Counted from the first letter of the stretch, positions 47,926 through 56,333 are shown. The stretch is DNA of 64,000 bases from Candidatus Micrarchaeota archaeon (GCA_043812915.1 JBDRLQ010000004.1:949-64948), one strand, 5' to 3'. Program-made: numbers and translations. Notes: generated by a model not told the origin, from the letters alone.

Positions 47926-49674
47926 ATGGCCAGAAGCAAGCTCCCCCCCAGACGGAGGACCATAGAAGCCCCTGACGGGCCTTACTCCCAGTACCCCGGG
48001 CAGCTTGCGAGGGGAATGAAAAAGATTTTCGGCACTATGGAGCAGTTCCCCGGAGGCGCTCAGGCTGTGCCCCACGCCAAGAGGCTTGTTGACAGGCTTA
48101 TCCATTATAACATTCTCGAGCCTGATAAGATAGGCGACAGGAAGGCAGACCCAAAATCCCTCAACCTCAAGCTGGGCTATCTTGCGGCAATGCACAGCTT
48201 CAAGGAATCCGCGGTTTCCAAGGGAATCCTCCCACCATCCATTTTCTCCAAGCACAAGCACGTCGTAGACGGGCATGATGTCCTCTGCGCCCTCCGTGAC
48301 AATGACCTTGGAACCCAGAGCAGCGCAATAACTTCAGCCCTTCTTGAGAATCCGTCGCTTGGTCTCCTAGTCTGGATGGCCGACCTCACACAGTGCTATG
48401 AGGCAGAAGCAGGAATAGCGAAGAAGGAGCTTGGCAACCTCGATCCGCACGTGTTCCACACCCATGGTGTAGGCGAGGGCAGCATGGAATACCGGAAGCT
48501 TGCAAGGCAGGCATTAAACGTCTATTCACAGCTTGCCGATGCCCTCGATTACCGTGAGCTTTCAGGAGACCTCATGAAGATGGCATATTTCCACCTCAAC
48601 AGGGAGCTCCACGACTATGTCGAGCAGGCCTTCGAGCTAACCACGTTCATGGCTGACAATACCCTCGCAGTATATCAGAAAGCAAAGCCGATAATCGAGG
48701 AGGAGCTTCGTCGCCTGGGCTATGATGTGGAATTCCACGTGAGGGAAGACAAGAACCTCGGAAAGGCGATGGGCAAGGTCGAGAAGAAGCTCCGCGAGAA
48801 AGGCATGTGCGCAACGCCGGGCGCCGTTCTCGATGAGGTTATGGACCTCAATGACCGGGTCGCATTTACCATTGAAGTCAAGAAGTATGATGGCAAGACT
48901 GTCGGGCAGAAGGACATGGAGCGCTTCGACGAAGTTCTTCTTGTGGCAATGACTGCCATAAACAGCATAACAGAGCTCAGGGACGTCGACCCGGAAAAGC
49001 TCATAATGGGCATCTTGGACAAGGAGGCGCTCATGAGGAAGCGCATTGGAAAGGACGGTTCTCTTGAAGAAGGCCTCTACAGGGATTACATATCAAGCCC
49101 GAAGCCTAACGGCTACCAGTCCCTCCACGGGGATATGAGGTTCGTTGATGCAGACAACTTTGCCAACCTTGAAATCCACGTAGAGAACAGCACGATGCAT
49201 GGGAACTCCAAGACCGGAAGCGCGGCCCACGCACTCTACAAAGGGGGAGGCCCGCTTGCAAGAAGGGCACAGAGGAACTACAGGAATGTCCTCGAGGCGA
49301 TAGCGCGCGGCGGAAATGGCAATGGCTCTGCAGGCGTAATCCGGACGATAAATGTCCAGGTCGTCGAAATAAACGGCAAATGCAAGACCAAGGAAGTCGT
49401 GCTCCCTGAGCACGCCTCGGTCGCTGACGCGCTCGCGGAGGCTGACATAGATGACTTCCTAAACGGGCTCGCGCTTACGCCGCCCCTCAGGCTCACCGAC
49501 AAGCTCGGGGATGTCAGAAAGCTTGAGGTTAGGCACAGCGAAGGCAGCGGCCACCTTGTAGGCGCGATGTTCGATGTGGCGTCAGCGGCCACAGAAGCTG
49601 GGCAGAGAGCCCTCAAGAAGGCGAGGCAGGCTGTCCCGGGCCTCTTCCAAAAGCGCAACGGCAACTGCAAGTAG
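47926..49674 (+). CDS. RelA/SpoT-homologue (RSH): (p)ppGpp-synthetase-like domain plus TGS-like C-terminus
   Basis: DYISSPKPNGYQSLHGDMRF and LEIHVENSTMHGNSKTGSAAHALYKGG match RSH synthetase motifs (PKxNGYQSLHT; EvQIRT..MH..AE.G.AAHW.YK). A TGS-like LPEHASVADALAE...LGDVRKLEV is present. No clear HD signature in the N-terminal ~270 aa. Confidence 0.7.
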   Translation: MARSKLPPRRRTIEAPDGPYSQYPGQLARGMKKIFGTMEQFPGGAQAVPHAKRLVDRLIHYNILEPDKIGDRKADPKSLNLKLGYLAAMHSFKESAVSKGILPPSIFSKHKHVVDGHDVLCALRDNDLGTQSSAITSALLENPSLGLLVWMADLTQCYEAEAGIAKKELGNLDPHVFHTHGVGEGSMEYRKLARQALNVYSQLADALDYRELSGDLMKMAYFHLNRELHDYVEQAFELTTFMADNTLAVYQKAKPIIEEELRRLGYDVEFHVREDKNLGKAMGKVEKKLREKGMCATPGAVLDEVMDLNDRVAFTIEVKKYDGKTVGQKDMERFDEVLLVAMTAINSITELRDVDPEKLIMGILDKEALMRKRIGKDGSLEEGLYRDYISSPKPNGYQSLHGDMRFVDADNFANLEIHVENSTMHGNSKTGSAAHALYKGGGPLARRAQRNYRNVLEAIARGGNGNGSAGVIRTINVQVVEINGKCKTKEVVLPEHASVADALAEADIDDFLNGLALTPPLRLTDKLGDVRKLEVRHSEGSGHLVGAMFDVASAATEAGQRALKKARQAVPGLFQKRNGNCK

Positions 49675-49677
49675 GCT

Positions 49678-50139
49678 TTAGACCTGCGAGAACTCGCTCA
49701 TTTTTTTCATTACATTGAGGACAACGCTTGTATTCGTCTTGTCCACGCCCGGAATCCCGAGTATGCCCTTGACCAGGGCCGAGAATTCCTGGCGGCTCTT
49801 GCACATCACGATGGCGATTGAGTCGTACTGGCCAGTCGTGTCATATACCGCGGCGACTCCCTGGAGCTTCGCAATCTTCTCCTGCACCTTGAGGATGTCC
49901 CCGGATATGCTTATCTGGAGTACTGCCATGAAATCGAATCCGAGGGCAAGGTAGTCAAAATTCGCTGAGTAGCCGGCAATTATTCCTCCCTTCTCCAGGC
50001 GGTTCATCCTCTCTATGAGCGCAGCCGGGCTCATCCCCACACTCGCAGCTATCTCCCGGTATGAACGCCTGCAGTTTCGTCTGAGTTCCAGAAGGATCTG
50101 CCTGTCTGTCGAATCTAGCCCCAAATGTTTGGTTTTCAT
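49678..50139 (-). CDS. lrp: Lrp/AsnC family transcriptional regulator
   Basis: LDSTDRQILLELRRNCRRSYREIAASVGMSPAALIERMNRLEKGGII HTH plus a RAM domain. Divergent from glnA. Confidence 0.88.
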   Translation of the reverse strand: MKTKHLGLDSTDRQILLELRRNCRRSYREIAASVGMSPAALIERMNRLEKGGIIAGYSANFDYLALGFDFMAVLQISISGDILKVQEKIAKLQGVAAVYDTTGQYDSIAIVMCKSRQEFSALVKGILGIPGVDKTNTSVVLNVMKKMSEFSQV

Positions 50140-50275
50140 TCATTTTCACCATCATAAGCTAAACATTTGTAAGCAATATTTATATAAATATCGAATTTTT
50201 GTTTTGGAAAATAAGGATAAACAATATAAAAAGGTCGAAACCAAGCTATCCAAAGAACAAATGGAAGGCGGTACC

Positions 50276-51604
50276 ATGGAAAAAGAAGAAATTTTCGAAA
50301 GGATAGAAAAGGACAAGGTGAGATTCGTGAGCCTACAGTTCACGGACATATTCGGAATCGTGAAATCGATTACCATCCCGGCAAAGCACCTTGGCGACTC
50401 GCTGACGCACGGGACCTGGTTCGATGGCTCCTCGGTCGAGGGCTTTGCCAGGATACACGAGAGCGACATGTACCTGAAGCCGGATCAGGATACTTATGCC
50501 CTACTGCCATGGCACAATTCCAATGACGGCAACACCGCCCGCTTCATATGCGACGTGCACAAGCCGGACGGAGCTCCCTTCGGGGGAGATCCCCGGGCAA
50601 TCCTCAAGAAGGCGATGGCAGAGGCGAAGGCGATGGGTTTCGAGTACAATGTCGGGCCCGAGCTGGAATTCTTCCTTTTCAGGAGGGAAAATGGGAAGCT
50701 TCTGCCTCTTCCCCATGACAATGGGAATTACTTCGATTTGACAACTGACCAGGCATATGAAATTAGGAGGGACATGAGCACCGCCCTGGAGCAGTTCGGA
50801 ATCAATGTGGAGGCGAGCCATCACGAGGTCGCGCTTGGCCAGCATGAGATTGACTTCCGATATGCGGACGCGCTTTCCACTGCGGACTCCGGGACTACCA
50901 TGCGATTCGTGCTGAAAGCGGTTGCGCAGCAGCACGGGCTGCACGCAACGTTCATGCCCAAGCCCATAACCGGCATAAACGGCTCCGGCATGCATGTCCA
51001 CCAGAGCCTTTTCAAAGATGGCAAGAACGTGTTTTACGACGGGTCGGACAGGTACAGGCTCTCAAATACCGCATATAGCTTCATCGCCGGGCAGCTGGCC
51101 CACGCCAAAGGGATGTCAGCCATACTCTCGCCAACGGTCAACTCCTACAAGCGGCTTGTCCCTGGATATGAGGCGCCAGCCTACATAAGCTGGGCGGGCG
51201 TTAACCGCTCGGCACTAATCAGGATACCCAGGTATTCCGAAGGCAGAACCAGTTCCACAAGGTGCGAGCTCCGCTGCCCGGACCCCAGCTGCAACCTCTA
51301 TCTTGCCTTCGCCGTGATGCTGAAGACCGGCCTTGAAGGGATAAAAAGCGGGCTCGAGCCTCCTGAGCCGGTGGAGGAGGACCTATACCATTTCGACGAC
51401 CGGAAGCTGAAGGAGAGGAAGATAGATATGCTGCCATACTCGCTGTGGCAGGCCCTGTGCGCGCTCAGGGAGGATAAGGTGGTGCAGGAAGCCCTGGGGA
51501 CCCATACTTATGAGAGATATCTGGCAGCCAAAACGAAGGAATGGGATTCCTACCGGCTGCAGGTCACACCCTGGGAAATCGAGAATTACCTGGAGAAGTA
51601 TTAG
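50276..51604 (+). CDS. glnA: glutamine synthetase, type I
   Basis: VRFVSLQFTDIFG beta-grasp N-terminus and the NGSGMHVHQS ATP-binding region. The ATG is at 50276; 50261 is an alternative. The ORF-track start at 50015 overlaps lrp and is unlikely. Confidence 0.93.
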   Translation: MEKEEIFERIEKDKVRFVSLQFTDIFGIVKSITIPAKHLGDSLTHGTWFDGSSVEGFARIHESDMYLKPDQDTYALLPWHNSNDGNTARFICDVHKPDGAPFGGDPRAILKKAMAEAKAMGFEYNVGPELEFFLFRRENGKLLPLPHDNGNYFDLTTDQAYEIRRDMSTALEQFGINVEASHHEVALGQHEIDFRYADALSTADSGTTMRFVLKAVAQQHGLHATFMPKPITGINGSGMHVHQSLFKDGKNVFYDGSDRYRLSNTAYSFIAGQLAHAKGMSAILSPTVNSYKRLVPGYEAPAYISWAGVNRSALIRIPRYSEGRTSSTRCELRCPDPSCNLYLAFAVMLKTGLEGIKSGLEPPEPVEEDLYHFDDRKLKERKIDMLPYSLWQALCALREDKVVQEALGTHTYERYLAAKTKEWDSYRLQVTPWEIENYLEKY

Positions 51605-52575
51605 GCGACGGAGCGCATCAGGATGTCCACAGACTCGTTGAATCGTTCGGGGTACGAGAGCATGGGGAAATGTGCGCAGTCGGGGAATTCCTCGTACAAG
51701 GCGCCGGGGATGCGCTCTGCGAGCCTTTTTACCGCATCGGCCGAAACGAGCGGGTCATCGCTTCCTGCAATCAGGTAGGTCGGAACGCTTATCTCCGGGG
51801 CCCTTTCCCAGAGCATATCATCCATCAGGAACATCGCCTGCATGGAAACTGCCATCGCGCTCAGGTTCGCCCTAAGGGCGTTCTTGACCATCTTCAGTGC
51901 GTGCGTGGGGTTCTGGGCCTTCTTCATGTACGTCATCAGCAGTGCCTTGTGGAGCAGCTCCCAGGCAATCCTGCTCTCACCAAGGCTCTCCCGCTTGAAT
52001 GCGTCCAGCGGCTCCAGCCTTTCCGCGTTCCGGGCCAGGAAATCAATCAGCGGATGCAGTTTTTGATACTCCCGAAGGAAGCCCAGCTCCAAAGGGTTCC
52101 GGTACGCTGGCGCGACGAGCACAAGGCCGGAAACCCTCTCCGGGAACATATGGTAGAAGCGCATCGCGTTTCCGCCCCACATGGAGTGGCCGCAGATTAT
52201 TGCTCTAGGGATTTGCTCCCTGTCCATGACGGCCTTTAGGTCAAGTGCCATGTCATCAAGATATGTTTTCGGAGTGCTCTCCCCAAGTTCGGTCCCCCAG
52301 TGCCCCCGGTTCTCCTTGGTGATTACCCCATGCCTTTTCTTGAACTCCTTTATCTGCCCCATCCAGGCTGCCGGGTGCGTGGTATATCCCCCCTGCAGAA
52401 CAAGTGTGCCGCTGTCCTTTGGCCTGTCTTTGAATTCCCATAATGTCGGTCCCCTGTACCTATAAAAGACCTTGGCGCCGGCCCTTTCAATGAATCTGTT
52501 TTTCCTTGAAATCCGCGCTTCCATTTTCGGATGGTCATTCCACCTTGGCCTTCCATTCTTTCCAAGAATTATCAT
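51601..52575 (-). CDS. alpha/beta-fold hydrolase
   Basis: Nucleophile elbow GHSMWGG and a C-terminal His region (FPDCAHFPM). Confidence 0.8.
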   Translation of the reverse strand: MIILGKNGRPRWNDHPKMEARISRKNRFIERAGAKVFYRYRGPTLWEFKDRPKDSGTLVLQGGYTTHPAAWMGQIKEFKKRHGVITKENRGHWGTELGESTPKTYLDDMALDLKAVMDREQIPRAIICGHSMWGGNAMRFYHMFPERVSGLVLVAPAYRNPLELGFLREYQKLHPLIDFLARNAERLEPLDAFKRESLGESRIAWELLHKALLMTYMKKAQNPTHALKMVKNALRANLSAMAVSMQAMFLMDDMLWERAPEISVPTYLIAGSDDPLVSADAVKRLAERIPGALYEEFPDCAHFPMLSYPERFNESVDILMRSVA

Positions 52576-52602
52576 CAGAGAATCAGTATTGCGGGAAGGT
52601 TT

Positions 52603-52929
52603 TTATTTCCTTAATTCCTCAGGCTCATGCTTCCTCGCATTCCCTTCGGTTATGAAATGGGACTTCGATTTGTTCGGGTCCTCGATAACAACCGCGATAC
52701 CGCCGATTTCTCCCTTCAGCCCAGCAAGGTCCGAACTATCGGCATCGAACATCATAAGCGCGGCAACCGCGCTGAGCTCGATTACTTTTCTGGAGGGGCC
52801 TCCGTTTCCTGGCTTTGAATGCTTGTCCGGCTCCATCTCTTTGCCGAAGGGCGCGGTTCCATTCGTGCCACTGTTTCTAGCATTTTTTGAGAAAATGCCT
52901 CTCTTCTTTTGAATGGGAGTGTGTGCCAT
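52603..52929 (-). CDS. hypothetical small protein
   Basis: 108-aa ORF with no motif. It competes with an overlapping + strand ORF. Confidence 0.35.
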   Translation of the reverse strand: MAHTPIQKKRGIFSKNARNSGTNGTAPFGKEMEPDKHSKPGNGGPSRKVIELSAVAALMMFDADSSDLAGLKGEIGGIAVVIEDPNKSKSHFITEGNARKHEPEELRK

Positions 52930-53055
52930 ACTGGTATTTCATCAATGAAGAATTTATAAAACTAATGTTCTGAATTGCGGGCAGAAATGGCAGAAAAATT
53001 CTACCGGCAAAACAGATAAATATGTTCACATCTATCTTTGCGCTGGGTAATTGTT

Positions 53056-53352
53056 ATGGATATCAAACCATTTTCATTCGCAGCGTTCGGATTGGGGGTC
53101 ATGACCGGATTCCTCGTTGTCCTGGTCGGGATTCTCGCGATTTTCGTTTTCGCGATTCTCGGGGCGGTTATGGGAGCAATCGCAGGATGGCTGGTTGATT
53201 TGACTCCATTCCTGGGGGAAGCCGTCAAGCACGGATTCAGTTCCGTATTCGGGGTGTACAACCCGAACCTTGTTGAAATCGGCGCCATGCTAGGATTCAT
53301 CGGAGGATTCTTCAAGAACTGGGGGCATGGGGACAACAAGTGCATGCAATGA
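53056..53352 (+). CDS. small glycine-rich membrane protein
   Basis: Two or three TM helices (FGLGVMTGFLVVLVGILAIFVFAILGAVMGAIAGWLV). Confidence 0.5.
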   Translation: MDIKPFSFAAFGLGVMTGFLVVLVGILAIFVFAILGAVMGAIAGWLVDLTPFLGEAVKHGFSSVFGVYNPNLVEIGAMLGFIGGFFKNWGHGDNKCMQ

Positions 53353-53442
53353 TTCAGTAAACTGGCCCGCGCGGGCCTTTCCTGATTTTTTCCTATTGCG
53401 GCAGCTCATGCATTTATTAATCACAGTAACGAATGCGTTTTC

Positions 53443-53820
53443 ATGAAATCCGCATTCGTTCTTTTCGCAATTGGACTGCTCGTCTTTGCCGGCTGCACCT
53501 GGCCAACGCCTCCTGCCGGGCCCGGACCAGAGCCTCAGATGATGTGCGTGCGCCCCTGTCATATCTCGCTTTCCGATTATGACAATGCGGAATTCCTTCC
53601 ATCCTGCATCGAAAGTACGGAGCCGATAGCATGCACCGAGGAATACAGGCTCGGCGACGCCTGCCTTTCACTAATAAGCTGCAAGATTGAGAATGATTCC
53701 TGCACAACAACTCTACAGCCGGAATTCACCGAATGCATCTCCTGCTTCAGGGACTGCATGGACATTTCAGAGGACCCTGCGGACTTCATGGTCTGCGAGG
53801 AGATGTGCAATCTAGAATGA
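53443..53820 (+). CDS. small cysteine-rich lipoprotein
   Basis: Signal peptide plus lipobox LLVFAGC. About 12 Cys in the mature part. Confidence 0.5.
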   Translation: MKSAFVLFAIGLLVFAGCTWPTPPAGPGPEPQMMCVRPCHISLSDYDNAEFLPSCIESTEPIACTEEYRLGDACLSLISCKIENDSCTTTLQPEFTECISCFRDCMDISEDPADFMVCEEMCNLE

Positions 53821-53827
53821 GCTCAAG

Positions 53828-53901
53828 CGGGCCTAGAGGGATTTGAACCCTCGACCTGCGGATTAAAAGTCCGTCGCTCTACCAAGCTGAGCTATAGGCC
53901 C
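53828..53901 (-). tRNA. tRNA-Lys (anticodon UUU)
   Basis: Folded by hand as a 74-nt cloverleaf: acceptor GGGCCTA/TAGGCCC, D arm GCTC-AGCTTGGTA-GAGC, anticodon loop CT-TTT-AA, T arm GAGGG-TTCAAAT-CCCTC, discriminator G. No encoded CCA. Confidence 0.92.
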
Positions 53902-53935
53902 AAAAAACGCTGAGAGAACAGATAACCGATGAAAC

Positions 53936-53945
53936 AATTTAAAAT
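53936..53945. promoter_or_regulatory. near-palindromic TATA element AATTTAAAAT between divergent tRNA genes
   Basis: 26 nt from the 5' end of tRNA-Cys and 34 nt from the 5' end of tRNA-Lys. Confidence 0.4.
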
Positions 53946-53971
53946 GTCTTCCCCGTTTATCAAAAGAACAA

Positions 53972-54083
53972 GCCGGGCTGGCAGATCGGCTATGCGGCCG
54001 CCTGCAGTTATTCGCTTTTCTGAGACTTTTGGTCTGTGAATGGCATAAAGCGGCATAGAGGGGTTCAACTCCCTTGCCCGGCT
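53972..54083 (+). tRNA. tRNA-Cys (anticodon GCA) with a 41-nt canonical-position intron (54008-54048)
   Basis: Acceptor GCCGGGC/GCCCGGC, anticodon stem GCCGC/GCGGC, loop CT-GCA-G|intron|A, T arm AGGGG-TTCAACT-CCCTT, discriminator T. A BHB is readable: inner helix TATTC/GAATG, 3-nt bulges AG|T and AA|A, central helix TGC/GCA. Confidence 0.85.
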
Positions 54084-54144
54084 TATTCTATTCCTCGGCT
54101 TTCCTAACATATCTTAATTAACATTTCATTTCTAACATAGGCTA

Positions 54145-54411
54145 ATGGCAGGTATCAAGAGGCTGGTTCTGGACGTATTGATTCCTATCAATTTTCCGAC
54201 ACCGGATTTGACAAAAAGGATTGCGCTTATCAAAGGCATTGAGGCAGTGGATGTCCTCATCCAGGAAGTGGAGAGGAAGGTTGAGACTGCCAAGATTACG
54301 ATTGAGGGGGAAGATTTAGACTTCGAAAAAATCAGGGAGCTCATTGAATCAACTGGCAGTTCCTTACAGAGCATTGACCGTGTGACATGCGGCAAGCGGC
54401 TTACCGGGTAG
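54145..54411 (+). CDS. DUF211-like small protein
   Basis: RLVLDVLIP...IKGIEAVDV...KITIEGEDLDFEKIRELIESTG..LQSIDRV matches my recollection of the archaeal DUF211 family. Confidence 0.65.
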   Translation: MAGIKRLVLDVLIPINFPTPDLTKRIALIKGIEAVDVLIQEVERKVETAKITIEGEDLDFEKIRELIESTGSSLQSIDRVTCGKRLTG

Positions 54412-54417
54412 TATGTT

Positions 54418-55014
54418 TTGTTAGGGACCTTTATCCAGAAGCAGAGAGAGAAGTTCAAGTATTACGACTCCATAACCGGGATGAGCGAAATACTTAGAAG
54501 ATACTTCGTTATGAATGCCTTCGACGGCGCCCTCACCATACTCGGAGTTCTGCTCGGGAGCTTCATCGCGGATATCGACAATCCGGTTTTTGTGCTCAAG
54601 ATAGGTATTGCCACTTCTATCGCAGTTGGGATTTCCGGCCTTACTGGCGCCATGTTCGCAGAGCGCGCGGAGAGGAAGCGTGAAATCAGGGCGATGGAAG
54701 ATGCGCTACACCGGAAACTTGACAATACCGAGATGAAGGCCGCCTATGACACGGCAAGCACGCTCATAGCCCTTGTCGATGGCATTTCCCCTTTGCTTGC
54801 CTCAATGTTCATCCTCCTTCCATTCTTCTTCTTTAGCGTGGCAGACGTGCATCTGGCTTATCAGGTATCCATGTGCCTTGCCCTTGTGGTCTTTTTCCTT
54901 CTTGGGATGTTCCTAGGGAGGATATCAAAAGAGTCACTGTTCTTTACCGGAATAAAGCTGGTGATGGCGGGCCTGGTCTGTATGCTATTCATCTTCCTGC
55001 TTGAGGGGCTATGA
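54418..55014 (+). CDS. VIT1/CCC1-like (DUF125-type) membrane protein
   Basis: LRRYFVMNAFDGALTILGVLLGSF, then an ERAERKREIRAMEDAL helix and three more TM helices. The start is TTG 54418 or ATG 54481. Confidence 0.5.
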   Translation: MLGTFIQKQREKFKYYDSITGMSEILRRYFVMNAFDGALTILGVLLGSFIADIDNPVFVLKIGIATSIAVGISGLTGAMFAERAERKREIRAMEDALHRKLDNTEMKAAYDTASTLIALVDGISPLLASMFILLPFFFFSVADVHLAYQVSMCLALVVFFLLGMFLGRISKESLFFTGIKLVMAGLVCMLFIFLLEGL

Positions 55015-55078
55015 AGAACAATAAAACTTAGGCGTCTGTCTAATATTAGACACCCGTCTAACTATTTCTAATAACATT

Positions 55079-55086
55079 TAAATACT
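55079..55086 (+). promoter_or_regulatory. TATA box TTTAAATA upstream of a noncoding GC-rich segment
   Basis: AT-rich element immediately 5' of the structured region. A second TTATATAC lies at 55096-55103. Confidence 0.4.
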
Positions 55087-55108
55087 CAGGATGCGTTATA
55101 TACTCCGG

Positions 55109-55121
55109 GCATCCGGGCTTT
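55109..55121 (+). repeat. 13-nt exact direct repeat GCATCCGGGCTTT, copy 1
   Basis: Identical to 55285-55297. Forms the 5' arm and loop of hairpin CATCCGG-GCTTT-CCGGGTG. Confidence 0.9.
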
Positions 55122-55284
55122 CCGGGTGTAGCTGCGTTGGCATTCGGTCGGGTTAAAACCATCCTGACTGCGGACCTTTCCCCCTGAGGGCTCGTCCCGT
55201 AGGTGGCTGACTCGAAGGATATGGAATGTCTTTGCGGTTTTCGGGCTTTAGTGGGTCGCCCTAAAAAGCGGCTCTACCATGCTC

Positions 55285-55297
55285 GCATCCGGGCTTT
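55285..55297 (+). repeat. 13-nt exact direct repeat GCATCCGGGCTTT, copy 2
   Basis: Identical to 55109-55121. Forms hairpin CATCC-GGGCTTTTA-GGATG. Confidence 0.9.
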
Positions 55298-55584
55298 TAG
55301 GATGCCCTGCACCTGAGCAGACCCGTTGTAGATAAGCGCAATGCGTTTTGGAAGATTTTCTCCCTTGCTTTGCGGGGACATTCGGGGTAACCCTTATGCC
55401 TGTTGTCTCTTCGGGCTCACAAGGTGCACCTACTTATCTTTGAAAAAGAATATTGCCAGGATTATCGTTGCCATAAGCATCTCTGCCGATAGTTGTCCTT
55501 TCATGTTCCCCGATAAGAAGTAGTCGTAATGATCTATAACTCCCCCGAACGGGTTGGATTGAGTTCATTCAAAGCAAGGGAAAA

Positions 55585-56154
55585 TCACCCTGTTTTTGCC
55601 TCTCTTAGGGCCTGATTGATCTCTTCCTTGACTATCCTTATACTATCTGAAATTGGAGTATGAATGATGCACACATCCTCCCCTTCGTATAGTAGTGATT
55701 TGAGTGGGGCCATCACAAGTTCGAAAGTGGAATACATGTTTCCTAGCATGCTCATTGTATCAGAGCTTATCCCGATATCTTTCTCCAGGTCTTTTCGGAG
55801 GGCCCCCAAGGCGATTTTTCCCATCGCGAGAATCGCATGCCCCCTGATTTCTGAATTCAGGTCATTCAAAACCAGTTTTGTGAGCCCCTCGATAGCGGAA
55901 ACGTCCTTTCTTCGGCCAAGCTCCATAATAATAACTATGCGATTTTTGACATCTTTGTGCCCAAGCTCAGCAATCAGCCGTTCGATATCCCACTTTGTAA
56001 TCGAGAAATTCTGCGCGCTGCCCTCCATAATTGTCGATCTGCCCATCACCACAGCCCGATGTCGGATATCATCTACGCTCAAGGTTTTTCTCTGGCCCAT
56101 AATTATCCACAAAACCATTGTCTGAGACCCTTTAATAACCAATCGCCGACACAA
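55585..56154 (-). CDS. HEAT/PBS-lyase-like repeat protein (small)
   Basis: LGHKDVKNRIVIIMELGRRKDVSAIEGLTKLVLNDLNSEIRGHAILAMGKI is a HEAT-like repeat. The start codon is uncertain. Confidence 0.5.
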   Translation of the reverse strand: MCRRLVIKGSQTMVLWIIMGQRKTLSVDDIRHRAVVMGRSTIMEGSAQNFSITKWDIERLIAELGHKDVKNRIVIIMELGRRKDVSAIEGLTKLVLNDLNSEIRGHAILAMGKIALGALRKDLEKDIGISSDTMSMLGNMYSTFELVMAPLKSLLYEGEDVCIIHTPISDSIRIVKEEINQALREAKTG

Positions 56155-56333
56155 CTTCTTCTCTATAAAAATGATGGCAATTCAGGTGTGGTAAGCTTGC
56201 CATCCGGAAAAAATGCCGTATCCATGAGGCACAATCGCCTGACATTACTATATTTAAACCTTCCTCAATCATAACATGTAACTTATGACTAGCAGTTCCT
56301 CTTCTAGGGGGGCGAGCCTAAGGTGGCGAGGAT

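Larger units (their letters stand above)
55105..55440 (+). ncRNA. unassigned structured-RNA candidate (~330 nt); strand and ends uncertain
   Basis: 570-bp gap between convergent genes with stops in all frames. The GC-rich core is bounded by AT-rich sequence with a TATA box. Hairpins at 55110-55128 and 55286-55304, a GGG-GTAA-CCC tetraloop hairpin at 55385-55394, and repeated YCGGGCTTT motifs. Confidence 0.3.

Noticed and set aside
53892-54110. 72-aa minus-strand ORF spanning the tRNA-Lys/tRNA-Cys region
   Set aside because: The region is fully explained by two tRNA genes and their spacer.
55172-55184. Minus-strand GGGGGAAAGGUCC, resembling the RNase P RNA CR-I motif (GGAAAGUCC)
   Set aside because: It has an extra G. 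It lies only ~100 nt from the end of the GC-rich segment on that strand. No complementary P4 3' strand or ACAGAA/GGCUUA-like CR-V could be found, so I did not call RNase P RNA.
55341-55523. 60-aa + strand ORF inside the noncoding GC-rich spacer
   Set aside because: It has no start context and an odd Cys/Phe-rich composition, and it is surrounded by stops in all frames. The region is more likely RNA-coding.
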